Shown here: positions 1 to 8,600 of the stretch, one piece after another | Layout: each line of letters begins with the position of its first letter | Position numbering within the stretch: the stretch's first letter is position 1 | Source of the DNA: Phycisphaerae bacterium | GTDB taxonomy: Bacteria > Planctomycetota > Phycisphaerae > UBA1845 > Fen-1342 | Direction of reading: 5' to 3' | Assembly (NCBI GenBank): GCA_050115495.1 | Contig: JASFQK010000057.1 | Span: forward strand, 1-21,684 | Length of the DNA: 21,684 nt | Program-made: the position numbers and the translations under genes | The notes under the pieces: generated by a model | Told to the model about the DNA's origin: nothing | Databases searched by the model: none | What the model saw: only the letters and a program-made list of their open reading frames with translations

Positions 1-49
1 ACGTGGTCCGTTCATCCTTGGTCAGCTTGATCGCAACCGCTCGACGCAT
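1..49 (-). CDS. IS630-family transposase N-terminus (partial: MRRAVAIKLTKDERTT...)
   Basis: GGAGG RBS plus ATG at 49. The 'I-x-L-T-x-x-E-R-x-x-L' N-terminus is typical of IS630 transposases. Truncated by the window edge. Confidence 0.75.
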   Translation of the reverse strand, partial: MRRAVAIKLTKDERTT

Positions 50-123
50 GGCTGTATCCTCCTGCAAAGAAGAAGACACGCCAAGCTATCATACGTTAGC
101 GTATTTGTGAGGCACTACACTAG
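1..123 (-). mobile_element. IS630-family insertion sequence, left end (partial, runs off window start)
   Basis: Exact reverse complement of 21559-21681. On the minus strand it begins CTAG-TGTAGTGCCTCACAAA (CTAG/TA is the typical IS630 target), followed by a GGAGG RBS and ATG at 49. Confidence 0.8.
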
Positions 124-414
124 CGCGCCCTGAAAAAGGTTCTTCGCGGAATACCGGGAAACCACCGAGTAGGGCGGGCCCTGCTACGTTGGTCCCCGCT
201 ATTGCGTGAAGAACCCAGTCTTCCTTACTGCCCGGACTGCAATCACTATTCCAAAATCAGTCAGCGCGATTTCGAGAAGCTGTGGGACCAGAAGGAGTAT
301 CGGGCCGGCGAGGAACGCACCGAGCTATTGTTCAAGTGCGACAAATGCGGGCAATTCACAGCGCGGCGAGCGCTATCGCCGCCAGATAAGAGCACCCCGG
401 CCGGCGGTGGGTAG
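124..414 (+). CDS. small zinc-ribbon-like protein (CPDC...CDKC), start uncertain, possibly 5'-truncated by the IS
   Basis: Two CxxC pairs about 30 aa apart. The ORF track starts at TTG 202 with no clear RBS, but the frame is open back to 124, directly at the IS end. Confidence 0.5.
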   Translation, partial: RALKKVLRGIPGNHRVGRALLRWSPLLREEPSLPYCPDCNHYSKISQRDFEKLWDQKEYRAGEERTELLFKCDKCGQFTARRALSPPDKSTPAGGG

Positions 415-442
415 CACGCAGCAGCCGCCCTTGCTGCGTGCT
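411..442 (+). repeat. GTAG-headed hairpin (REP-like / possible terminator) overlapping the stop codon
   Basis: GT-AGCACGCAGCA-gccgccct-TGCTGCGTGCT: perfect 11-bp stem between two convergent genes. Confidence 0.55.
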
Positions 443-499
443 TCGATTAACGGGCATAGCCCGCTCGACGTCGGGGGCTCTGTCTCTGAGCGCTGCTCA

Positions 500-1411
500 T
501 CACTCTGCGGGGGGAGGGGAGAATTGTATGAAGTAGATGTGTGGCAATCCTTCCGTAGGCAGGAATTCCTTGGGCAAGTCATTGTCAAGGACCTGCGACA
601 ACGAGAAGGCATAACTGTTACCGGTTTCCTCGCCGGTGTAGTAGATCGTGATGCACCTCGGAGGGAAAGAATCTTTTTCGATCGTGAAGGCTGTGACATT
701 GTCTCCGAGGAAGTACGTGCCTTCAGCAGACTGCGCGACATCCTGCGGGAACCCCTGGTCGACGTGCTGGACGTAGACGAAGATGGAATCGTCGGATGTG
801 TATACGTCCTTCGATATCTGAATGGTACAACTCGGCAGTGCGTCGTCGATCAGCAAGGAGCAGGTGTTAAACGCGGCCGGCAAAGCGGCGTCGGCTTTCT
901 CGAAATACTCCGCCAGCGCGCCGGTTTGCTCGTCGGTCAGGATGGTGACGGCGAAGGTCAGCGTGTCGGCGGCCGCGTCGTAGACCGGGTTGCGCAGCTC
1001 GATGATGACCACGTCCTGACTTTCATCCTCTTCGTGGAGCGCCAGTGCCGCGTTGGGCGGGTCGTCTGTGAAGCCGAGTGCCTCCCAATCGGCGACGAAG
1101 TCCGTCAGCGATTCGTGATCGGCGATACGGTTGGGCCGGTCGGTAAAGGAGATGACGTTACCGATCAGGCCGCGCAACGTGAGGGTATAGGCGCCCTCCT
1201 GTCCGCCATCGGCGACGAGCGTACCCTCCGACGCGGTCAGTGTGTAAAGAAAGCTGGGATTAGCCGCCGCGAATTCTGCCGCAGCGGCAGCGGCGGCGTG
1301 TTGTTGTTCCAGGAAGTCCTGGTAGAGCGTGTCGTAGAGGCTCTCGCAGCCCGCGAGGGTCAGGAGCCCGAGGATCAAACCACAGCCCGCGAGAAAACGT
1401 CGCTTTTTCAT
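500..1411 (-). CDS. putative lipoprotein of unknown function (FTDRPxR ... F-x-DDPPNA domain plus a distinct C-terminal domain)
   Basis: ATG 1411 with upstream AGGGG. MKKRRF-hydrophobic-LAGC lipobox, then an Ala-rich linker. Motifs FTDRPNR, DPPNAAL and SLLIDD resemble an uncharacterised bacterial/archaeal family I recognise but cannot name. Confidence 0.75.
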   Translation of the reverse strand: MKKRRFLAGCGLILGLLTLAGCESLYDTLYQDFLEQQHAAAAAAAEFAAANPSFLYTLTASEGTLVADGGQEGAYTLTLRGLIGNVISFTDRPNRIADHESLTDFVADWEALGFTDDPPNAALALHEEDESQDVVIIELRNPVYDAAADTLTFAVTILTDEQTGALAEYFEKADAALPAAFNTCSLLIDDALPSCTIQISKDVYTSDDSIFVYVQHVDQGFPQDVAQSAEGTYFLGDNVTAFTIEKDSFPPRCITIYYTGEETGNSYAFSLSQVLDNDLPKEFLPTEGLPHIYFIQFSPPPAE

Positions 1412-1692
1412 CGTGCGTCCCCTGCGTATCGCGGTAAACGGTGACAAGACAGCACTGAGACAGCTTAACTACATCTACATCTGAATCGGATGAATGACGG
1501 GAAATCTTGTGTCCTTGTCGGATTTTGGATGGGTTTGGTGACGAAGTTGCAGAGTGACAAGGGGACGAGGGGCTGACGGATCAAGGGGCCAAGCGTGGGG
1601 GAACCGCCATGACGCCGAGGGGGCCGAGGACGCCGGGGGAGAGACGATTGTGTGTTGGATTCTTCAGCCGGGGGATACTGGGGACACGCACG

Positions 1693-2089
1693 AGCGCCAT
1701 TCAGTTAAGGGTTCGCTGTTCGCATCAGCTCCCGTTTCAGCACCGCGTGCCGTCGTGTCATGCGGGGGTATTGCAGTGGCCGGCGCTTGACCACCCGCGG
1801 CCGCACACGCCCGGGACGATCCGGATTTACCACGATCGCCACCACAGCCAGGTTCTCTAACCCGCGCCGCGGCAGCCGCAGCACCTCGATCACGCTCACC
1901 CACTCCAGCATCGTCCCCAGAGGCATCGCGAGCACCGTCAGCACCGCACACACCGCATTGTACGCCAGCGCAAACGTCAGGATCTCCCGTTCAACCCCGG
2001 CCACCGACTTGCTCCGCACCACCCGCATGCCCAGCGTCTCCTTCAGGTGCCGCAGGTTCACCTTCACCTGCTAGCGGCGGTGATACTGC
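1693..2089 (-). pseudogene. IS4-family transposase remnant (C-terminal part only)
   Basis: Translates as QYHRR*QVKVNLRHLKETLGM...ALAYNAV...RPGRVRPRVVKRRPLQYP, a Y(2)R(3)E(6)K region with W->TAG and catalytic E->K. Stop at 1705 lies within an IS-end-like motif (agcgccattcagttaag on +). Confidence 0.8.
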
Positions 2090-2213
2090 GTGCCATCCTT
2101 GGTCTCCTGTGTTGGTATTGATTTTGCACCAACATCTTCACAGGAGGCCGATTCCTGCGCAATCGCTGTAAGTACGCCGCGGACCAGGACTTATAGATTG
2201 TCTATGTGGCGTT

Positions 2214-2290
2214 CGGGACAGGCACCTCGCTTCGCGCGGTTGCTGAATTCCGCCCGGTCTTCGAGCTCGGAGCCAGTCCCCTTTTTCACG
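2214..2290. repeat. 86-bp-class palindromic element, copy 1 (left arm partly eroded)
   Basis: CGGGACAGGCACC-N42-GGAGCCAGTCCCCTTTTTCA; same arms and spacing as 5486-5571 and 12099-12184. Confidence 0.85.
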
Positions 2291-2454
2291 GCGGCGGCGC
2301 GGCGCCGTGGCGAGCGGCGGGCAGAGCCCGTCCTACGTTGCGGCGGACGAGGGGCAGAAAAGGGATGCGGGGTGGGGGAGAGGCGCGGTATGATCCGGGT
2401 GGATGGGCCGTTGACCGAGTCGGGATGGTCGATATGTGCGCTCCTCGCAACCAC

Positions 2455-3375
2455 ATGCTGGACCGGTCCCCACCCCCGGCGCGAGCATTCACGCTGATCG
2501 AACTGCTCGTCGTGGTGGCGGTCATCGCCCTGCTCATTTCGATCCTGCTGCCCAGCCTCTCGCAGGCCCGCGAGCAGGCGAAGGCCGCCAAGTGCGTCTC
2601 AAACCTCAAGCAGATCGGCGGGGCCATGACGTCGTACTTCCTCGACGAGAACGACTGGTTCCCGTTCGAGAAGCGCAACCAGCTCCGCTCGATGCACGGC
2701 TTCTATTACGGCGGGCACCCGGGGCGGCAGTTGCCCGGCCAGGCGGGCCAGTGGTGGGGCTACACGAACCAGAACTTCCGCGACACGCCCCGCGGCCGGC
2801 CGTTCAACCCCTACCTCTACCCCGATCTGCCGAACTGGGACGTGCCGCCGGACGACGAGCTGTTTGAGGCCGTCCGCAAGATGCCGGTGTACGAGTGTCC
2901 GTCCGACACGGGCGGGTTCTGGATGTACGACGACGGCGACGACCCCAACTGGAAATCGCTGTACTGGCAGGTGGGCACGAGCTACGACTTCAACTACCAC
3001 TTCGTGTGGAACTGGGCGCTGCACAAGTTCTATTCCGAGTCGCCGCCGCGCTGGCTGCACCGGGCCAACGCGTTCCTCCGGCAGCAGCTCATGCACGACG
3101 TGTCGCGGTTCGTCATTCTGTACGAGGACCCGTTCGATTCGTCGCAGTGGCTGAACATCCCGCGGCGCGGGTGGCACGGGCGCTGGATGCGGCACAGCTT
3201 CCTGTTCCTCGACGGGCACGCGGCGAACATCGTCGCCGACACGACGGCGGGATGCAGGGGCCGCAACTGGTACACCGCCTCGGGTAGCTCGTCGGGCGAC
3301 CCGGACGCCTGGTGGAACGACCCGGACGATCCCGACTACCAGTATCGCGATATTACCCCCCTGCCCGGCTGGTGA
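2455..3375 (+). CDS. prepilin-type N-terminal cleavage/methylation domain protein (DUF1559 / H-X9-DG-like family)
   Basis: [43 protein letters not shown], central YECPSD and C-terminal [10 protein letters not shown]. Start chosen at ATG 2455 (alternatives 2425, 2434). Confidence 0.92.
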   Translation: MLDRSPPPARAFTLIELLVVVAVIALLISILLPSLSQAREQAKAAKCVSNLKQIGGAMTSYFLDENDWFPFEKRNQLRSMHGFYYGGHPGRQLPGQAGQWWGYTNQNFRDTPRGRPFNPYLYPDLPNWDVPPDDELFEAVRKMPVYECPSDTGGFWMYDDGDDPNWKSLYWQVGTSYDFNYHFVWNWALHKFYSESPPRWLHRANAFLRQQLMHDVSRFVILYEDPFDSSQWLNIPRRGWHGRWMRHSFLFLDGHAANIVADTTAGCRGRNWYTASGSSSGDPDAWWNDPDDPDYQYRDITPLPGW

Positions 3376-3381
3376 CCGCCG

Positions 3382-4326
3382 CTACGCGTCCGCCGGCGGC
3401 AGCAGGGCCAGCACGTCCGGCAGCAGCGTGGCCGTGTCCGCCAGGTCGCCGAGGTCGAGCCAATGCACGTTCTCCAGCCGCTTCAGCCAGGTGCGCTGGT
3501 GCTTGGCCAGTCGGCGGGTGTTAATCTTGATCCGCTCGACAGCGTCCTCCAGCGACAGCTTGCCGTCAAAATGTGCGAAGAGCTCGGCGTAGCCGACGGC
3601 CTGGGCAGCCTGCTGGCCGACGCCGTCGGGAGACGACCATAGCCGGCGGGCTTCGTCCACCAGGCCGGCGTCAATCATCCGGCGAACGCGCTCGTTGATG
3701 CGGCGGTTGGCCGCCTCACGCGGGCGGCGGAGGCCGATGAGCGTCCAACGCCAGTCCGGGCGGCGGAGGGTCCGGCGGTCCCACTGCTGCTGGAGGTGGC
3801 TGATCGGCCGGCCGGTGAGCTGGTAGACCTCAAGGGCGCGTTCGAGGCGGCGGAGGTCGTTGGCGTGGATCCGGCTGGCGGCCTCGGGGTCGATGCGGGT
3901 CAGCTCGGCGTGGAGGGCGGCGGCGCCTTCCTCCTGGGCGCGGCGGCGGATGGCGGCCCGGACCTGCGGGTCGGCAGACGGGCCGGCAAAGAGCCCCTCG
4001 TAGAAGCACTTGAAGTACAGGATGGTGCCGCCGACGGCGACCACGGGCCGGCCACGGGCGTGGATGTCGGTGATGGCCTGGTCGGCGAGGTCGACGAAGC
4101 GGGCGGCGCTGAAGGGCTCCCAGGGGTCGGCGACGTCGATGAGGTGGTGCGGCACGGCGGCACGGGCATCGGCGCCGGGCTTGGCGGTGCCGACGTCGAG
4201 GCCGCGGTAGACCTTCATCGAGTCGATGCTGACGATCTCGCCGCCGACCGCCGCGGCCAGCGTCCGGGCGAGGGTGCCCTTGCCGCTGGCCGTGCAACCC
4301 AGGATGGTGACCAGACGATTTTCCAC
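3382..4326 (-). CDS. miaA: tRNA (adenosine(37)-N6)-dimethylallyltransferase
   Basis: GCTASGKG P-loop, DSMKVYRGLDVGTAKP, HHLID, VGGTILY, RRLERALEV, QAVGYAE, TRRLAKHQRTW. GTG start at 4326 with GGAG upstream. Confidence 0.97.
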   Translation of the reverse strand: MENRLVTILGCTASGKGTLARTLAAAVGGEIVSIDSMKVYRGLDVGTAKPGADARAAVPHHLIDVADPWEPFSAARFVDLADQAITDIHARGRPVVAVGGTILYFKCFYEGLFAGPSADPQVRAAIRRRAQEEGAAALHAELTRIDPEAASRIHANDLRRLERALEVYQLTGRPISHLQQQWDRRTLRRPDWRWTLIGLRRPREAANRRINERVRRMIDAGLVDEARRLWSSPDGVGQQAAQAVGYAELFAHFDGKLSLEDAVERIKINTRRLAKHQRTWLKRLENVHWLDLGDLADTATLLPDVLALLPPADA

Positions 4327-4356
4327 AACCGCTCCCAGCGGCGGCGGGGCCGCCCT

Positions 4357-4386
4357 TTGACCGCACGCCGCGGTGCGGGGATTATA
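4357..4386. promoter_or_regulatory. overlapping divergent sigma70-like promoter elements between miaA and the lipoprotein gene
   Basis: + strand TTGACC(4357)-N17-GATTAT; - strand perfect TATAAT at 4386-4381 upstream of miaA. Confidence 0.4.
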
Positions 4387-4423
4387 CGGGCCGGTCGTAA
4401 CGATGTGGTGGGAGGTACTGACG

Positions 4424-5035
4424 ATGCGGGGCCGGTCGTGTCTGATCCTGGTGGCGGCAGTTGTGGTCGGGTTTGCCGGTGGCTGTATCAGCGTGCGGTT
4501 GCCGCCGAAGGTCGTCAAGAACCCTGACAAACCGAAGAGCACGCCGTCGCCGAAGACCAAGCCGGCGCTGGCGTGCGATCTGGCCGATCTGCCGGCGCGG
4601 CCGAGCGAGGCGCGTACCTGCCTGGCCGTGCTCGATTTCCAGGCTGGAGAGAGCATGACGGAGGAAACCGGCCGGGCGTTGGCCGATCTCTGTCGCGGTG
4701 CGGTTCAGGAGAGTGAATGGTTCGTGCTCGTCGATCGCGAGCGGATCGCGGACATTCTCGGGGAGCAGGACTTCGCGGCGGCGATGCACTGCGACACGTC
4801 GTCGTGCCTGGTGCGTTACGGCGAGCTGCTCGGCGCGGAGACGATGATGCACGGCCGGGTCAACCAGCTCGGCGATGTGCTGGTGCTGGCGGTGGGCATG
4901 ACCGACGTCGACACGGGCCGGCAGATCACCAAGAGCACGAGCATGGCCACGATCGAGCAGGCGACGATGGTCGTGCCGGATTTGGTTTGCCAGATTCTGC
5001 ATACGCTGGCGCGGGAGACGGCCTCCGGCTCGTAG
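4424..5035 (+). CDS. lipoprotein with CsgG/HfaB/TolB-N-like domain
   Basis: GGAGG RBS, ATG 4424, lipobox FAGGC, Pro/Lys linker. Then LAVLDF...FVLVDRERIADILGEQDF...GELLGA...GRV...DVDTGR, the pattern of the CsgG/TolB-N fold. Confidence 0.8.
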   Translation: MRGRSCLILVAAVVVGFAGGCISVRLPPKVVKNPDKPKSTPSPKTKPALACDLADLPARPSEARTCLAVLDFQAGESMTEETGRALADLCRGAVQESEWFVLVDRERIADILGEQDFAAAMHCDTSSCLVRYGELLGAETMMHGRVNQLGDVLVLAVGMTDVDTGRQITKSTSMATIEQATMVVPDLVCQILHTLARETASGS

Positions 5036-5057
5036 CGTCGGCCCCCCGTGGCCGACG
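5032..5057 (+). repeat. GTAG-type REP hairpin overlapping the stop codon
   Basis: GTAG-CGTCGGCC-ccccgt-GGCCGACG, perfect 8-bp stem; TAG 5033-5035 is the upstream gene's stop. Confidence 0.75.
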
Positions 5058-5121
5058 TCGAACGATGACAGCGCTTCGCGACGCACTGCTCAAGAGCAGT
5101 GGCACACATGAGGCGTGTTCC

Positions 5122-5150
5122 GTAGCGGCCGACCTCCGTGTCGGCCGTCG
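5122..5150 (+). repeat. GTAG-type REP hairpin
   Basis: GTAG-CGGCCGAC-ctccgt-GTCGGCCG-tcg; 28/29 identical to the reverse complement of 19479-19507. Confidence 0.85.
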
Positions 5151-5179
5151 AATGTTGGAGCCGCGAGGAGACTTTGCAC

Positions 5180-5479
5180 ATGCGTACGTACGGCTTGCTG
5201 ACGTTGGGTGTCTGCTGTTTGCTGTGGACGGCGACGGGGTGCATAAGCGTCAAGGCTCCGGAGCGGGTTGTGGTCGGCGAAAGTCGGCCCGAGCCGGTGG
5301 ACAGCAGCCGCGTTCCCGAGACCGCGTCGCACGAGGAGGCCCGGCAGGAGCTGCGCAAGGCCTACCAGAACATTCAGTACCTCGAACGCGAGAGCGCCCA
5401 TTGGCACGAGAAGGCCGCCGAGTACAAGCGCGAGCGCGACGAGTGCCGCGACAAGCTGGAGCGGTACGAGGATGACTAG
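5180..5479 (+). CDS. small putative lipoprotein with C-terminal coiled coil
   Basis: GAGGAG RBS, ATG 5180, signal peptide ending TATGC, charged helical C-terminus (EEARQELRKAYQNIQYLERE...). Confidence 0.75.
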   Translation: MRTYGLLTLGVCCLLWTATGCISVKAPERVVVGESRPEPVDSSRVPETASHEEARQELRKAYQNIQYLERESAHWHEKAAEYKRERDECRDKLERYEDD

Positions 5480-5485
5480 CGGGCT

Positions 5486-5571
5486 GTTGAAAAAGGGGAC
5501 AGGCACCGCGCCTGGTGCGGCTGCCGCGGGCACGGAAGCCCGGCGGCTCGGAGCCAGTCCCGTTTTTCAAC
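5486..5571. repeat. 86-bp palindromic element, copy 2 (intergenic, upstream of addB)
   Basis: GTTGAAAAAGGGGACAGGCACC-N42-GGAGCCAGTCCCGTTTTTCAAC; the 22-bp arms are imperfect inverted repeats. Confidence 0.9.
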
Positions 5572-5614
5572 GCCGGCGGCGTGAGGTCCGATTCCCCTCG
5601 GCGATCCTCCAGCC

Positions 5615-8600
5615 ATGGCGGTGACGTTCGTCCTCGGCCGCGCCGGTACCGGCAAGACGCGGGCGTGCGTCGACGCCGTCCTGGCGCGCCTGGCCCAGCC
5701 GGACGACGGCGGCCGGCTCATCCTGCTCGTTCCCGAACAAGCCAGCTTTCAGATGGAGCGGCTGCTCGCCACGCGCAGCCCGGGCGGTGCGTACTGCCGG
5801 GCGGCAGTGCTCAGCTTCACGCGGCTGGCGCAGCGGGTCTTCGCCGACGTGGGGCAGCCGCTCGAACCGGTCAGCAGTGCAGCCCGTGGCATGGCCCTGC
5901 GCTGTGCAGCGGCGCGGATGGGACGTTCGCTGCGCTTCTTCGGCGCCGCCACGCGGACGCACGGGTTCTACCGGCAGCTGGGACGGCTGATCGAGGATCT
6001 GCTCGCCGAACAGGTCACGCCGGAGGATCTGCGGCTGGCGGCCCGGGCGATTCCCGAGGTGCATACCAAGCGGAAGATCGCGGAGATCACGCGTCTGTAC
6101 GTCGAGTACCTCGAATGGCTCGGGCCGGCGCGGGTTGATCCGGCGGCTCGGCTGGCGGTGCTGCGCGCTCGCTGCGCTGCCCTGCCCTGGCTGCCACAGG
6201 CGTCGATCTGGGTGGACGGGTTCGCCGGCTTCACGGGGCAGGAACTGGCGACGCTGGTCGCGCTCGCCCAGCGGGCCCGGGAACTGACGGTCACCTTGCT
6301 GCTCGATCCGGCGGAGCCGTCGCTGCGGAGGCCGGATGCGCCGGTCGATCCGCTACACCTGTTTCAGCGGACGGTGCGGACGTACCACCGGTTGGGGCAG
6401 CTTTTCGCCGAGGCGGGCGTGACGTGCGCGCCGCCGGTGGTGCTCGGTGGGGTGCCGCCACGGTTTGCGGCGACGCCGGCGCTGGCCGCGCTGGAAGCGG
6501 GATTGGCGACGCCGATCGGTGTGCCGGTTGAGACCGACAGCGCAATATCTGCGCCGCCCGCCGGTGTCAGTGTCGTCGAATGCTCGACGCCGCGGGATGA
6601 GCTGCGGCGGGCGGCGCATTTCATCCGCGAGAAGCTGATCGACGCCGGCGGCACGCTGCGGTTCCGCGACTTCGCCGTCATCGCCCGCGACCTGGAGCCG
6701 CTCGCCCCGCTCGTCGCGGAGGTCTTCGCGGAGTACGACATTCCATATTTCCTCGATCGCCGGCGGCCGATGCAGGCGCATCCGCTGAGCCGGCTCGTGT
6801 CGGCCCTCATCGAAGCGGCGCGGACGGACCTGTCCGTGTCGGCGATGACGCGACTACTGCGGACGGGGCTGCTGCCGCTCAGCACGCGACAGGCCGAAGA
6901 GCTTGAGAATCTCATCGTGCGGCACGCGATCCACGGCGGTGAGACGTGGCGGAAGCCGACGTGGGACGTGCCGACACCGGAAGGGTTGGACGAGCCGCGC
7001 CGGCGCGTCGCCAACATGCTTACCCCCCTGCTACAACTCGCGCAACCCAGCCAGACCGCGACCGGCGCGACGTGGGCCCGCACGCTGTACGACCTGCTCG
7101 CAGCACTCGGCGTGCCCCGCCGAATTGAGACGTGGATCGCCGACAGCGCGGGGCAGGCGGGGTGGGAGCGGGCGGAAACGCACCGGCTCGCCTGGGAGGC
7201 GCTTTGCGGCGTGCTCAACGATGTGCACGACGTGCTCGGGGAGATGCCGCTGGGGGTAACCGAGCTGGCGGCGATCATCGGCGGGACGCTTCGCGAGCAG
7301 ACGTTCGGTCTCACGCCGCCGACGCTCGACCAGGTGCTCGTCAGCGGCATCGAGCGCAGCCGGCATCCGGACGTGCAGTATGCGTGGGTGTGTGCGTTCA
7401 ACGAAGGGATCTTCCCCGCGCGGCCTGCCGACGATGACCTGGTCACGACGGCCGAGCGCGAGGCGCTGCAACGCAGCGGTCTGGCCGCGCCGGCGACGCA
7501 TCGCGACGAGGCATTCGGCGAGCGGCTGCTGGCCTACATCGCTCTGACGCGGCCGTCGCGCGGGCTCCTCATCAGCTACGCCACGGCGGACGAGGCTGGC
7601 GGGGCGATGCTGCCGTCGCCGCTGCTGGATGACGTGTTGCGGGCGCTGCCGCGTTTGACCGTGCAACGTACGCGGCCAGAGGATCCGCCGGTGTGTTTGC
7701 CGGAGCTGGCGGGGGAGTTCCTGCACGCTGCGGCGACGCCGCATGGCGGGCGGTTGCGGCGTCTGTGTGACTGGGCCGGCGACGATGCGCGGCTCGGGGA
7801 GCGGCTGCAATGGCTGCTGCGCGGCCGGCGATACGACAATGCGCCGGAGAAAGCCCTGCCCGACACGCCGGCAGGTGAGCCGCCGCCGTGCGTCGTATCG
7901 CCGTCGGAGGTGGAGACGTACATCGATTGCCCGTTCAAGCACTTCGCGGGGTATCGCCTTCGGCTGGATCCGCAACGTGGGCCGCGGCCGTTGTCGTGGG
8001 ATCTGGGCGGGGTTGCGCATGAGATTCTGGCGGCGGTGACACTGCGGGCGATGCGCGAACGGGGCGGCGTGCGCGGATTGCCGGATGAGCGCTGGCTGGA
8101 GCTGCTTGCCGAGGCCGCCGAGCAATACGAGCAGAGTCAGCCGGCGGACCTGCGGCAACGCCGGCCGGAGCTTGTGTTCCAGTCACGCCAATTGGTGCAT
8201 TTTCTGCATGAAGTGCTGCTGGCGCACGCGGATCGGTGGCGGCGCGGGCGGTTTACGCCGACGGCGTGCGAGCAGGCGTTCGGGCCCAGTGGTGAGGCGG
8301 GTGTGTGGCCGGCGCCGGCGTGGCAGCTCGACGATGGGCGGCGGGTCTTCCTGCGGGGCAAGATCGACCGCGTCGACTGTTTCAATGATGGCGAGCGGAC
8401 GTGGCTGCTCATCTACGATTACAAGCCGCGGACGGCGACGCTGGCGGCGAGCTTCCTGACCGGCGCGCGGCTTCAGCTTTTCGGGTATGCGCTCGCGGCG
8501 AGTGAGGCGCCGATTGCGGCGGGGCCGACGACGGTGGCCGGCGTGTTCCTCGCGCCGGTGCAACCGGACGTTGAGGCGCTCGGCAAGAAGTACGTCAAAG

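Noticed and set aside
206..1444. 412-aa + strand ORF
   Set aside because: Antisense shadow of the lipoprotein gene, which has a lipobox, RBS and family motifs; this ORF has no recognisable motifs.
2206..2454. N-terminal extension of the DUF1559-type ORF containing the repeat-derived GTGT...LGASPLF peptide
   Set aside because: Prepilin-type leaders are short, so the real start is most likely 2425-2455 and repeat copy 1 is probably untranslated.
4276..4299. Non-canonical MiaA P-loop (GCTASGKG instead of GPTASGKT/S)
   Set aside because: The core GxTxxGK is retained and all other motifs are intact; likely ordinary lineage variation.
4327..4656. 110-aa N-terminal extension of MiaA in the ORF track
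   Set aside because: Overlaps the divergent lipoprotein gene; MiaA homology starts at the P-loop just after GTG 4326, which has an RBS.
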